NCBI GenBank assembly: GCA_038245295.1
Contig: JBBRSP010000014.1
Coordinates: 1 to 64,000 of the forward strand
Reading direction: 5' to 3'
From: Candidatus Binatia bacterium
GTDB lineage: Bacteria > Desulfobacterota > Binatia > HRBIN30
Length of the DNA: 64,000 nt
The notes under the pieces are model-generated. The model did not search any database, was not told where the DNA came from, and saw only the letters and a program-made list of their open reading frames with translations. The first letter of the stretch is position 1. Every line of letters begins with the position of its first letter. Both the position numbers and the translations under genes were made by a program. Positions 47,296-57,364 of this stretch are shown one piece after another.

Positions 47296-48366
47296 CTACG
47301 CGGCCGCCAACGATGCCGGACGCATTGCGACGCCCGCTCCGGCCCAGACCTTTTCCAAGAGCGCCACTGCCTCGCGTCCCTCCATGGCCGAGACCGGAGG
47401 CGGCTCGCCATGCGCCAGGGCGCGATAAAGAGCCCGGAAGTGCATCCCCATGCCCGGGTAGAAGCGCTGTGTGCCGGTAACGAAGCCGATGCCGTTCACC
47501 ACGGTCGCGCGCATCAGCTGGCTCGCCTCCTCTAGATTCGGCAGCACTTTGCCGACGAGTTTGGGAGCCTTACGGGTCTGGCGCGTCACCAATGTCATGT
47601 TGTTCAAATTCACTTCGGCGGTGATCTTGGAGCCGAACAATGTGACGCGATTCTGCGGCGGACGGGTGTTGGTTGTAATCGTCAAACTCCCCAAGGCATT
47701 GGCCCCATCCACAACGGCGCGCACCTCTTCGAGACTGCCCTGCGGCGTCTTACGAGCGACAACATGTACGTCGGCGATGCTGCCCACCAGGCCTCGCAGC
47801 AAGTAGATGGGATGTGGCGCCAGATCGTACAAGATGCCGCCCGGCAGAGATGCCTTCCAGTGGCCGGGATCAGGTAGATCCGCTTCCCCGACCGCCGCAC
47901 CGGCGAAGACGTCGACACCCACCAGATCTCCGAGCTTGCCACTCTCCAACAATCCGCGGGCCGCCTGCATCACGGGGTCGAACCAGCGATTGTGATCGAC
48001 CGTCAGGAAGCGGTTGGCGCTCTTGGCGGCGGCAATCATCGCGTCGGCCTCGGCCGCCGTGAGAGACATGGGCTTCTCGACCACAACGTGCAGACCGGCA
48101 GCCAACAATTCCATCGCGAGTTGGGCATGGCTGGCAGGCGGGGTCAGGAGGTGGACGACATCGGGCTGGCCGGCAGCCAGCAACTCCTCGATGTCGGCGT
48201 AACTCGGAACCTGCCAGCGGCTCGTGAAGCGCTCGCGACTTTCACGACTTAGGTCGCAGGCCCCGATAAATTCCACCTCCGGCACCTGACGCAGGTAACC
48301 AGCGTGTACATCAGCGATCCGCCCGCACCCGACAAGGGCGACGCGGAAACGCGCAGAAGCAGTCAT
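47296..48366 (-). CDS. Gfo/Idh/MocA-family oxidoreductase
   Basis: VGCGRIA, TPPASH, VEKP and DLAPH motifs. Confidence 0.9.
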   Translation of the reverse strand: MTASARFRVALVGCGRIADVHAGYLRQVPEVEFIGACDLSRESRERFTSRWQVPSYADIEELLAAGQPDVVHLLTPPASHAQLAMELLAAGLHVVVEKPMSLTAAEADAMIAAAKSANRFLTVDHNRWFDPVMQAARGLLESGKLGDLVGVDVFAGAAVGEADLPDPGHWKASLPGGILYDLAPHPIYLLRGLVGSIADVHVVARKTPQGSLEEVRAVVDGANALGSLTITTNTRPPQNRVTLFGSKITAEVNLNNMTLVTRQTRKAPKLVGKVLPNLEEASQLMRATVVNGIGFVTGTQRFYPGMGMHFRALYRALAHGEPPPVSAMEGREAVALLEKVWAGAGVAMRPASLAAA

Positions 48367-48392
48367 CTATTTGAAATCGACTCTCGTTTACT

Positions 48393-49424
48393 TCAGGCCG
48401 GGACGCGCTGGCGGCTATTGCGCTGCAGCTGCTTGACGTTGTGGTAGACCTCGTCGCCGTAGTTGTGGACCTCGCCACGCTGCAAAACCGAGTGCACTTC
48501 ACGGATGGCGTCGTCCACCGTGCGTAGCGGCACGAAGCCGAGTTTGGCGCGAATGTGATCGAAGGATACCTTGTAGCTGCGACGATCCTCGATGTGATCG
48601 AAGTTTTCGATCTGCGTCCCGGGAATATGGGCAGCCACACGCTCGGCAATCTCGCCGACGGTGTAATTCAAATGTTCGCCGCCGACATTGAAGATGCCAC
48701 GGTTGGCCACATCGGCAGGCGCCTCGACGGAACGCAAGAAGGCTTCGGCAGCGTCCTGGACGTGGATATGCGGGCGCCACTGTGCCGCACCGACGATCCG
48801 TACACGTCCTTCAACGCTCGCACGCGCCGTGATGGTGTTGACCATCAAGTCAAAGCGCATGCGCGGTGACAGTCCGCAGACCGTCGACAGACGCAGGATC
48901 ACGACCTCGACCTTGCCATGCTCCTGGAGCAAGACATCTTCCGACATGATGCGGGTCCGAGCATAGAGAGAAACCGGGTTGAGGTGGGACGATTCGGTCA
49001 ACAACTCGCTGCCGTTGGCCCCGTACACGCTGCACGAGGAGGCAAAAACGATACGTTTCGCATCCGCTTCGCGGCAAGCCTCGAGCAAACAACGCGTCGA
49101 TTCGTAATTCGTGGTCAGGGCCTCGCGCGGGTCGAGATCGCAGGCGGCGTCGCCGACGAGAGCAGCCAGGGCGACAACCGCACGCACGCCCTTCACGGCC
49201 TGAACGACGTCGCGAATATTACAGATGTCGCCGTAGCGCAGTTCGAAGTTGGGATCACCGCGGAGTTCGGAAACGCCATGCTCGCCGTACAGGAACTTGT
49301 CCAGGACTCGGACTTTGTAGCCGCGCTGTAGAAGCTTGCGCACGAGGTGCGAGCCGATATATCCCGCGCCTCCGGTAACGAGCACCGTTTCCTTGTCCAT
49401 GACCCCTCCCTGAATACTCTTCAT
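48393..49424 (-). CDS. NAD-dependent epimerase/dehydratase (extended SDR)
   Basis: GGAGYIGS, LAALVGD, SSCSVYG, SPRMRFDL and WRPHIHV motifs; YARTR in place of YxxxK; start may be ATG 49400. Confidence 0.88.
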   Translation of the reverse strand: MKSIQGGVMDKETVLVTGGAGYIGSHLVRKLLQRGYKVRVLDKFLYGEHGVSELRGDPNFELRYGDICNIRDVVQAVKGVRAVVALAALVGDAACDLDPREALTTNYESTRCLLEACREADAKRIVFASSCSVYGANGSELLTESSHLNPVSLYARTRIMSEDVLLQEHGKVEVVILRLSTVCGLSPRMRFDLMVNTITARASVEGRVRIVGAAQWRPHIHVQDAAEAFLRSVEAPADVANRGIFNVGGEHLNYTVGEIAERVAAHIPGTQIENFDHIEDRRSYKVSFDHIRAKLGFVPLRTVDDAIREVHSVLQRGEVHNYGDEVYHNVKQLQRNSRQRVPA

Positions 49425-50860
49425 ACTTGAGACTCACCAGGACCCGCCGCCTGTACTTGCCACTCCATACCGTACACCCCGAGCCATTCACTCAAAGCCG
49501 GCAAAATCCGACAATCCACACCTGCCGACTCACAAGCCGCCTGCACTTCGCTGATCGTGCTGGAGGCCATATCGGAGCGGCAGACAAACACGGCTTGAAC
49601 GTTGTTGACCGATATTGCAAGCGATAACTCAGCCACACCGCCCAAAACCTTGATCCCGTGGATCCTCGAACCCCACTTCTCATGGGACTCATCAACGAAA
49701 GCGATGGGCTCATACCCAGAATTGGGGTCGTCGAGCAAGACTCGGCTAAGTAATTCCCCCCAGCTTCCGGCGCCCACGATGATGACCCTCGTCCGCTGGT
49801 TGGTCGCATCTTTCGGGTGCCGCCGCACCCAGGCGCGCAAGGTAACGCGGGTTCCGGACATCAGGCAAAGCAACAACGCCCAATCGTAAACGAAAACCGA
49901 ACGGGGGTGATACTGCAATCCGACGAAATACGTCAGACCGCCCATCACGATCGATCCCACCGTCACCGCTTTGAAGAGAGCGATGAGGTCCCAGTAACCA
50001 AAGTAGCGAGCCAGGTGCTGGTATGCGCCGAAATAGACCAGCAGCGGTGGTCGCACGAGGACAATGAGCAGCATCGTTTGCGGCAAGTAGCCGGCGTGTG
50101 GCCACTCCATATCGAAGCGCAAGAGCACCGCGAGAGAATATGTGAGCAAAGATATGGCAATATCAACGGCCATCAGCGCGGCGCGGCGGCGCCGACGCCA
50201 GATGTATTTGGCGTGGAAGGCACCAACGACGGTGACCCAGACACCATGGAAGAGCAGACGCAGGTCCCCCCCAAATGTCGCCGTGCGGACGTACTCTAGG
50301 TCGCGTGCCAGCTTGGGGGGCAAAATGTGATCGACGTAATAACCTTCCGTGTCCGCAAGGCCGTCGGGATAGTCCTCGACTTCATCTCGACCCTCGATCT
50401 GACTGGGGCCGACGATCCCGGGCCGCAACGACAGCACCTGGCGTTGCAACGGACTGTAGTACTGGACGAAGTGTGGATCCTCGGGGCGGGGACCGATCAT
50501 GCTCATCTCGCCGCGCATCACATTGAGGAGTTGCGGCAACTCATCCAACTTGGACCAGCGCAAAAGTTTACCCAAACGAGTGACGCGCGGATCCCGTTTG
50601 ACGGTCAGGCGCGAACCCATCTTGTGCGCCCCGTCGACCATCGTGCGGAACTTGAAGATGTGAAAGGGCTTCCCGTACTGGCCAACACGGCGCTGACGAA
50701 AGAAAATCGGTCCAGGGGTATCGAGCCTGATGAGAATCGCCACCAGGATGAACACCGGCATCACACACAACATGCCCAGTGAGGCGAGCAGAAAATCCAG
50801 CAGGTGCTTGGCGAACAGACCCGATGCCGATAGCGCGCGCGTCGCACCCACCGCTTTCAT
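49421..50860 (-). CDS. Initiating phosphoglycosyltransferase (Bac_transf) fused to TM helices and a Rossmann-like domain
   Basis: KFRTM, DPRVT, LDELPQL and GPRPE motifs, then four TM segments and IIVGAG. Confidence 0.88.
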   Translation of the reverse strand: MKAVGATRALSASGLFAKHLLDFLLASLGMLCVMPVFILVAILIRLDTPGPIFFRQRRVGQYGKPFHIFKFRTMVDGAHKMGSRLTVKRDPRVTRLGKLLRWSKLDELPQLLNVMRGEMSMIGPRPEDPHFVQYYSPLQRQVLSLRPGIVGPSQIEGRDEVEDYPDGLADTEGYYVDHILPPKLARDLEYVRTATFGGDLRLLFHGVWVTVVGAFHAKYIWRRRRRAALMAVDIAISLLTYSLAVLLRFDMEWPHAGYLPQTMLLIVLVRPPLLVYFGAYQHLARYFGYWDLIALFKAVTVGSIVMGGLTYFVGLQYHPRSVFVYDWALLLCLMSGTRVTLRAWVRRHPKDATNQRTRVIIVGAGSWGELLSRVLLDDPNSGYEPIAFVDESHEKWGSRIHGIKVLGGVAELSLAISVNNVQAVFVCRSDMASSTISEVQAACESAGVDCRILPALSEWLGVYGMEWQVQAAGPGESQV

Positions 50861-50897
50861 ATCGCCAGCGTCGAAGGCGAGGCCTTCGTCGCCGAGA

Positions 50898-52094
50898 TCA
50901 GCGCCGATTCGCACCAAGTATCCTCCGTAGGGCGTCGGCAACATGGGCTACGTCATCATCGGTCATGAGCGTAAAGAACGGCAACGATAGAATCGTCTCG
51001 GCGGCGGCGGACGCCACCGGTAGATCTCCCAGTTCGAGCCCGAAGGCATCGCGATAGAACGAGTGCATATGCAGCGGGATGAAGTGCACCTGGCTGCCAA
51101 TGCCGACGGCCTTGAGCTCTTCGATCACGGCATCTCGATGGATGGTGAGACGCTCCGGCCGCATGCGGATTACGTAAAGGTGCCAGGCGTGCTCGACGTC
51201 CGGCCGGGTTACCGGCAACTCGATCGTATCGACATCCGCCAGATACCGGTTGTAGAGCGCGGCGATCTCCTGGCGGCGGCGGTGAAGATCGGGCAGGCGG
51301 CGCAGCTGGACGATGCCCATCGCCGCGTTGATGTCGGTCATGTTGTACTTGAAGCCCGGATAGGAGACGTCGTACCGCCAGGACCCCTCGCTGCTGTAGC
51401 GGCGCCAAGCATCTCGGCTCATGCCGTGCAAACGACGTGTTCGCATGCGGTCGGCCCATTCCTGGTTCTCGGTGGTCAACATGCCACCCTCGCCCGTGCA
51501 CAGGTTCTTGGTGGCGTAGAAGCTGAACGCCGTAATGTCGCCGATGCTGCCGATATCGCGGCCGCGGTATTTTGCCGGCAGCGAATGTGCGGCATCTTCG
51601 ATCACGACCAGACTCTTGGCCTTGGCAATTTCGAGGATGGGCGCCAGGTCGACTGGATGCCCCGTATAGTGAACCGGCACAATCGCACGCGTCCGCGGCG
51701 TGATCTTTCGTTCGATATCGGCGGGGTCGATGTTGAGCGTGTCTGGCTGAACATCGGCCAAGACTGGCTTGGCGCCGGCATGAATGATCGTCGCACCCGT
51801 CGCCGTAAACGTCATTGTTGTGGTGATCACCTCGTCGCCGGCATCCAGATCCAGGGCGTCGAGCGCCAGATGCAACGCGGAGGTACAGGAGTTGACCGCG
51901 ATGGCGTTGCTGGCGCCAAAGCGAGCCGCAAATTGTTGCTCGAACTCGTGGGTTCGGGGTCCCACTGTGATCCAGCCGGAGCGCATCGTTTCGACAACGG
52001 CAGCAATCTCTTCTTCCCCGAGATCCGGTTTGTAGAAGGGTATTTGCCGCTGCACGGCCGGGGGTGGGGCGACCACCGCGCTGGGTTTGCTCAC
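50898..52094 (-). CDS. DegT/DnrJ/EryC1/StrS PLP-dependent sugar aminotransferase
   Basis: NSCTSALHL, EDAAH, SFYATKNL..GEGG and GFKYN motifs. Confidence 0.94.
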   Translation of the reverse strand: MSKPSAVVAPPPAVQRQIPFYKPDLGEEEIAAVVETMRSGWITVGPRTHEFEQQFAARFGASNAIAVNSCTSALHLALDALDLDAGDEVITTTMTFTATGATIIHAGAKPVLADVQPDTLNIDPADIERKITPRTRAIVPVHYTGHPVDLAPILEIAKAKSLVVIEDAAHSLPAKYRGRDIGSIGDITAFSFYATKNLCTGEGGMLTTENQEWADRMRTRRLHGMSRDAWRRYSSEGSWRYDVSYPGFKYNMTDINAAMGIVQLRRLPDLHRRRQEIAALYNRYLADVDTIELPVTRPDVEHAWHLYVIRMRPERLTIHRDAVIEELKAVGIGSQVHFIPLHMHSFYRDAFGLELGDLPVASAAAETILSLPFFTLMTDDDVAHVADALRRILGANRR

Positions 52095-52137
52095 AACATC
52101 ACCACCTTCTTCACCAAATGTTCGCGCATCGAGAGTC

Positions 52138-52935
52138 TCATCGTTGTGCGCCTACCGCCGCACGCGGCACGTCGGCACCGGCAACCACCTCCGTCGCTTG
52201 ACCGCGCACGAACACGCCCAGCATATCGGCCTTCAGGACATCCAGGCCCAGGCGATCAATCAGGCGCTCGAAGAGTAGAGAGAGCGCGTACAAGGGGCGC
52301 ACAAAACCGAACGAGTGTGCCAGGGCGAGGCGTTCGAGCCGATCTTCACGGAAGTTGGAGCTCGCCGCCAGGCGTCGCAGCGCCGCGGCGGAATTGGCGC
52401 GGTAGAAGGTCGGGAACAGCTCCTCTTCAAAATCCTGCCATTCGCCGCGCGCGAAGTAATACGAGACCTTCTTGAACAGTAGGTGGAAGCGGTAGGGGGT
52501 CAACGACGCGACGATCATCGCATAGTTGAAGCGATTGGGAGTGAAGGCAATGAAACGCCCACCCGGGCGGCTGATGCGTGCGACTTCACGAAACACAGCG
52601 TCCGGATCCTCCAGGTGTTCAAACACCATCGCTGCCGTCACCAGGTTGAAGGTGCCGTCGCGGAACGGCAACGCCGCCGCGTCACAGACCACCAGATTGC
52701 GGATGCTCGTATGCTTGGACAAGTACGGGTCGCGATCACAACCAACCGCCAGGGTGGCGCGCCGCGGTAGATCCTGGTTGAGGTCGTCATCGGGACAGAT
52801 CTTCTTGCCGCAGCCGATATCGAGCCAGCGGGTCTGGGTTCCGACAGTGGCGTCGAGGAGCCCCTGGTAGATCGCCTTCGGAGACTTGTAGTCCGGATAG
52901 AAGCGCCGAATCATTGCGGCGTTGCGGCCCAACAT
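52138..52935 (-). CDS. Class I SAM-dependent methyltransferase
   Basis: LDIGCG, LPFRDGTF, VFEHLEDP and FPTFYRAN motifs; start inferred. Confidence 0.85.
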   Translation of the reverse strand: MLGRNAAMIRRFYPDYKSPKAIYQGLLDATVGTQTRWLDIGCGKKICPDDDLNQDLPRRATLAVGCDRDPYLSKHTSIRNLVVCDAAALPFRDGTFNLVTAAMVFEHLEDPDAVFREVARISRPGGRFIAFTPNRFNYAMIVASLTPYRFHLLFKKVSYYFARGEWQDFEEELFPTFYRANSAAALRRLAASSNFREDRLERLALAHSFGFVRPLYALSLLFERLIDRLGLDVLKADMLGVFVRGQATEVVAGADVPRAAVGAQR

Positions 52936-54284
52936 CAGGCGCGTCCTCCCACCGCCGCAAGACGCTCGGAGGCGACAGTCCACTCGGGCACGAGCATTTG
53001 AATTAGGCGTTGTACGTTGGCGTCGCCGTCGAACTCGGCGAGGATGCGTCGCCGGGCGGCACGCCCAAGGCGTTGTCGTTCCTCTCGACTTTGCGCCAGC
53101 CGCCGTACCGCGTCGACGATCGGCTCGACGGCATTCGGCTCCACCAGAAAGCCGCACTGGCTGTCGTCCACCAACTCTTCCGCGCCGGGAATACGCGAGG
53201 CAATCACCGGCAACCCCATTGCCATGGCTTCGACGATGACATTGGCGATCACGTCGCGGCGACGTGATCGGCCGGCCAACTCGCTTGCCAGGACAAACGC
53301 GTCACTCATCGCCAACATCTCGACCAATTCTTTGTGAGGCCGTCCGCCGAGCAGGCGAATGTGGTCCTGTAGGCCGAGCTCGCCGATCTGCCGTTCGAGG
53401 TTAACGCGTTCGACACCTTCGCCGACAATCCAACAGCTGACGTCGACACCTTCGCGGCGCAGTCGGGCACATGCTTCGACCAACAGATGCATGCCCTTGT
53501 AGCGTTCGAGTTGCCCGCAGGAGCCGATGACAAGACGATCTGACAATTTGCCCTCTTGGCTCACCGGGGTGAAGCGCGAGATATCAACGCCGTGATAGTT
53601 GACGTGGATCTTCGCCTGCAGCGGGGCGGCAACCAGTTTTGACAAGAAACGCTGATTCGTTTTGGCACATGTGACCACGAACTCAGCCGCGGCAATCTTC
53701 GCCGGCAACATGCGCTGGGTCATGTAGATATCGTAGGCGTGGGCGCTGATGCTGAACGGTAGGCCAGAAAGCCGATTCACCAAGAAGGCGACCGTCGCCG
53801 GGTATGTCGCCCAGTGCACGTGCAGATGGGTAATCCCGTCCTTCTGCAAACGCTCGTTGAGGTGGATCGCCGTCGGGATGAGCGCCAACGATTTGATGAG
53901 ATACGGAAAGGGATGTCCATTGAGCCAGCCACGCAAGCGATTGTAGAGCGTGGCGCGGCTACGTGCGGCGGTCGACTCTTGCTGCGGCGCCTCGGCGCCG
54001 GTACGCCACGCACTGACGACGGCGGCGATAAGTCCGAAAAACCTCCGCGGCGAGCGAACGAGCAAACCGGCGGTTGCCGCCAATGCCTCAGCCGACGCCA
54101 TCGCCGGCAGGTAGGCGACTGTCTTGGCGATAGCGGCGCCCTCGGGTTGTTGGCGCTCGGTACCGGGCCACATCGAGTAGATCAGCGGCTGGACACCGTG
54201 GCGCTTGAGTCCCAGGACCTCCCAGAGCACGAAGGTCTGGTGAAACACCGGAAAGGCTGGGAACAAGTAGCCGAGCTTCGTCAC
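52935..54284 (-). CDS. Glycosyltransferase family 4 (WcaL-like)
   Basis: FP..QTFV, HLHVHWA, SAHAYDI, YHGVD and IVEAMAMG motifs. Confidence 0.9.
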   Translation of the reverse strand: MTKLGYLFPAFPVFHQTFVLWEVLGLKRHGVQPLIYSMWPGTERQQPEGAAIAKTVAYLPAMASAEALAATAGLLVRSPRRFFGLIAAVVSAWRTGAEAPQQESTAARSRATLYNRLRGWLNGHPFPYLIKSLALIPTAIHLNERLQKDGITHLHVHWATYPATVAFLVNRLSGLPFSISAHAYDIYMTQRMLPAKIAAAEFVVTCAKTNQRFLSKLVAAPLQAKIHVNYHGVDISRFTPVSQEGKLSDRLVIGSCGQLERYKGMHLLVEACARLRREGVDVSCWIVGEGVERVNLERQIGELGLQDHIRLLGGRPHKELVEMLAMSDAFVLASELAGRSRRRDVIANVIVEAMAMGLPVIASRIPGAEELVDDSQCGFLVEPNAVEPIVDAVRRLAQSREERQRLGRAARRRILAEFDGDANVQRLIQMLVPEWTVASERLAAVGGRA

Positions 54285-54286
54285 GA

Positions 54287-55162
54287 TCAGAATCCACCCT
54301 CTTCGGCAAAACGCAACAAGCCCGCGGCCTTGCGCCAGAACGTGTCATCGCGATGCGCGGTCCAGCGACGCACCATGACGCGGCTCATCGGCGTGCGCAG
54401 GAAAGCCGCCAGCAACGGATGGAAGACGACGCGCTGGCGCAGCGGACGAGCCTCGAACCCCATGCCGAACTTGAACTGATCCAGCGGTCCAACCGGCTCG
54501 AGCGATTCCAACCCGAAGGTGATCTTTTCGACCTGGCGTCGGACGAGCATCTCCTCGGTCACGGAGTAGATCAACGCGTTGTTCGGATAGGCACCGAGGT
54601 CATCACTGCACGAGCGCGCCAGCATGAACTCGACGCCATCCTCGAAGCTGACGCTCACCAGGAAGGCGGCAACACGCCCGTCGACCCGCGCTGCCCAGCC
54701 TTCAAATCCCGGCGCTGCGTCGGCGGCACGCCAGAAGCGATCCCATCGATCCTCGCCCATCCCACCGTCGCGGCCCTGGCGCGCCAACGTGTCGGTATGG
54801 GCTTGACGCCCTTCCACAGCCAGATCGGAGAACGAGATCGGTCCGACTTCGCAACGACGCAGCCCACGTCGCACCTTACTGCGGAGGTTGGCGCTCAGAC
54901 CGGCAAGGCCATAGTCGCGATTGTCACAGACGATCTGATAGCTCAGCTTGCCGCTCGCCGAGAGCGGTGCCGCATAACGCGCACCGAGGCATTGCCGTAG
55001 GACTTGTCGAACTTCGACGTCGCTCGGTGCGTACTCGCGGTGCGACGGAGCACTCAGGAAGAAGAACCGGTTCGCGTTGTACCACTGCGCCGACGGCGTT
55101 TGGACAATCCGGTGCCCCAAAGCGCGCAGAAACTTCGCGTATGCATCGGCACTCATCGACAT
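54287..55162 (-). CDS. FemAB-like GNAT-family protein
   Basis: RSKVRRG, YPNNALIY and LDQFKFGMGF motifs; start inferred. Confidence 0.7.
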   Translation of the reverse strand: MSMSADAYAKFLRALGHRIVQTPSAQWYNANRFFFLSAPSHREYAPSDVEVRQVLRQCLGARYAAPLSASGKLSYQIVCDNRDYGLAGLSANLRSKVRRGLRRCEVGPISFSDLAVEGRQAHTDTLARQGRDGGMGEDRWDRFWRAADAAPGFEGWAARVDGRVAAFLVSVSFEDGVEFMLARSCSDDLGAYPNNALIYSVTEEMLVRRQVEKITFGLESLEPVGPLDQFKFGMGFEARPLRQRVVFHPLLAAFLRTPMSRVMVRRWTAHRDDTFWRKAAGLLRFAEEGGF

Positions 55163-55169
55163 CGATACC

Positions 55170-56606
55170 TCAGAATGCCTCAGAGTAGGGCCTTGGTTGG
55201 TGCATGATGATGCGGCGCATAACCATCGATAGACCAACCAACCAGAAGAGAATCACGAGCTGCCAGAGATCAGCAAACGCCGAGAAGAAGACCATGACCA
55301 AGAAGCTCGTCTTCGCGGCTTTGATGACCCACTGAAGGTCGTGCGCCTCCGTATCCGGATCCGCCGCCGCGAACTCACACCAACGAAGGTTACGCCATGT
55401 ACTCCATAGCAGTGCCAGGAAGGCGAACAGGCAGAAGATCCCACCCTCGACCATGGCCAGCAGATACGAGCTGTGTGGCGCGGTCGTGGAACGCGCCGGA
55501 TCCTTCAGGTAACGCGCCACCTCCCAGTTTCCCATTCCGACGCCAAGAAGCGGGTTGTCCAAGAAGATATCGAAGGCGACCCCCCAGGTTCGGGCGCGAC
55601 GTTCGAGAGAACCGGACCCCTCACCCGATTGCCCGGCTTCTGTTCCGGGGAGGTTGGTGATGCGGTCTAGACTACGCTGTGGAACAAACGCGACCGCCAA
55701 CAATACGAGCATCGCTCCGGCAATGGCCATGCTCAGCAGGCTGGAGATGCTCAATCTTTCGTCGATGATGATCACGATCATGCAGACGGCCATACCCAAC
55801 ATCCCGGAACGCGAGGCAGTCATCATTACCGCCAGAGCCAGAACAACAATCGTCGGAATGATCAGATAGCGCAGCCCCGGGGTCTGCAGGGACCGCATCA
55901 GGTACCACAAGCCGGCGATCGCCATGATCGCGAACATGGCCAGACGATTCGGATTGTACGCCGAGGCGATGAGTGCCGCCTCAGTGGTGGCGCGATAGCC
56001 GTACAAACCGCCACCGGACAGAACGCCTTGGACGCCGCTCAGCGCGCTGGCCACCATGAAGGCGACGGCGAGCAGATAAATCATCCGAACGTGTTCGGCG
56101 GTGCGGATGAAGTTGATGAAGAACACGGTAAACAAAACCCGGTTGATGAACGTTCGCAGGTTCGACGCGGCATGCTCTTGAACGCCGAGAAGGTCGCGTA
56201 AAGAGTCGTCGGGGCCATTCAGGCGGTCAGACAACAGGTACAGCAGGATGATCACGATGAACAGGCGAATCTCCGGGGAACGGATGAACCACCAATCCTC
56301 TTCCCGATAAAGCTTGTAGACCAGGAGGATGAGGAAAAGGCCGCCCATCGCGTTGTTGATGGTCAGAAGTCCCGAGCCTTGCAACGACGCGGGGTACGTC
56401 ATCAAGAACGTCGACAGGAAGAAGGCAATGCCGTACTCGGGACGCGCCACCACGACGGCAACAAACAGCATGCCGATCAGCGGCAGCAGCGCGAGGGTGC
56501 CGAGAACAACCGTACTGGTCGCCACCAAAGCGGCGAATACGACGAACGCGACTACCGGAAATAGACCTCGTGACCTAGTGTTTTGCGGCGAACCAATGGC
56601 CTGCAC
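55170..56606 (-). CDS. Wzy polymerase / O-antigen-ligase family membrane protein
   Basis: Multi-TM; NPN, TASRSG, NPLLGVG and PHSSYL motifs; follows wza and the wzc-like genes. Confidence 0.85.
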   Translation of the reverse strand: MQAIGSPQNTRSRGLFPVVAFVVFAALVATSTVVLGTLALLPLIGMLFVAVVVARPEYGIAFFLSTFLMTYPASLQGSGLLTINNAMGGLFLILLVYKLYREEDWWFIRSPEIRLFIVIILLYLLSDRLNGPDDSLRDLLGVQEHAASNLRTFINRVLFTVFFINFIRTAEHVRMIYLLAVAFMVASALSGVQGVLSGGGLYGYRATTEAALIASAYNPNRLAMFAIMAIAGLWYLMRSLQTPGLRYLIIPTIVVLALAVMMTASRSGMLGMAVCMIVIIIDERLSISSLLSMAIAGAMLVLLAVAFVPQRSLDRITNLPGTEAGQSGEGSGSLERRARTWGVAFDIFLDNPLLGVGMGNWEVARYLKDPARSTTAPHSSYLLAMVEGGIFCLFAFLALLWSTWRNLRWCEFAAADPDTEAHDLQWVIKAAKTSFLVMVFFSAFADLWQLVILFWLVGLSMVMRRIIMHQPRPYSEAF

Positions 56607-56618
56607 GCGAAGCCTCCG

Positions 56619-57344
56619 CTACAGGATCGCCTCCAGGAACGTGGGGATGTAGGACCGACGCCGGTTGAGCACAACGCCTAGAATTCGCCCACCTACCTTA
56701 TCGAGTTGGCGCTTGGCTGCCTCGGCCTCTGTCACCGGCGTGCGGTCCGCCTCGACCACAAGAATGACACCGTCGACCTTGGTCGCCATTACGCTCGTGT
56801 CGGCATAATTATTTACCGGCGGAGCATCGATGATAATGAAATCGTACTGCGACTGGAGTCGCGCCAACAACGAATCGATGACATCCAAGCCAAGCGTCGG
56901 GTTGGGCGCATTGCCGGCCGCAATCACCGACAGATTTAGATCTTCGATACGTGTGGCCAACGCTTCCGGAGCAACACGGCCGGCGGCATAGTCGGTAAGG
57001 CCGGCCGTCGTCGAGAGCGGCAACAAGACGCTGAGGCAAGGTGTCCGAACGTTGCCTTCCACCAGCAGTACACGCGTCTCTCGTTCTTTCGCTAGCGCCG
57101 TGGCCAAACCAATCGCCACCGTTGTCGTGCCTTCACCGTGCTGCGGCGCCGTTACCAAGATCGTGTGCAAGCCCGACGGAACCGCCATGGAGACCAGACT
57201 GGCGCGCAGGCGCTGATAGTCCTCCTGCACGGCCCCGTCCGTCTCCGCCGGTGCCAACAGGGAGACCGGGCGTTGAGGCACCCGGGTGCGACTCCGCTCG
57301 CGTTCTTGTTCCGCCTTCTTCAGCGCCTCGTAGATCTTGCTCAC
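56619..57344 (-). CDS. CpsD/CapB-family BY-kinase homolog with a degenerate Walker A
   Basis: MSKIYEALKKA, GEGTTT, IIIDAPP and ILGVVLN motifs. Confidence 0.85.
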   Translation of the reverse strand: MSKIYEALKKAEQERERSRTRVPQRPVSLLAPAETDGAVQEDYQRLRASLVSMAVPSGLHTILVTAPQHGEGTTTVAIGLATALAKERETRVLLVEGNVRTPCLSVLLPLSTTAGLTDYAAGRVAPEALATRIEDLNLSVIAAGNAPNPTLGLDVIDSLLARLQSQYDFIIIDAPPVNNYADTSVMATKVDGVILVVEADRTPVTEAEAAKRQLDKVGGRILGVVLNRRRSYIPTFLEAIL

Positions 57345-57364
57345 GGCTCCCTCGTTCGCCTAGC

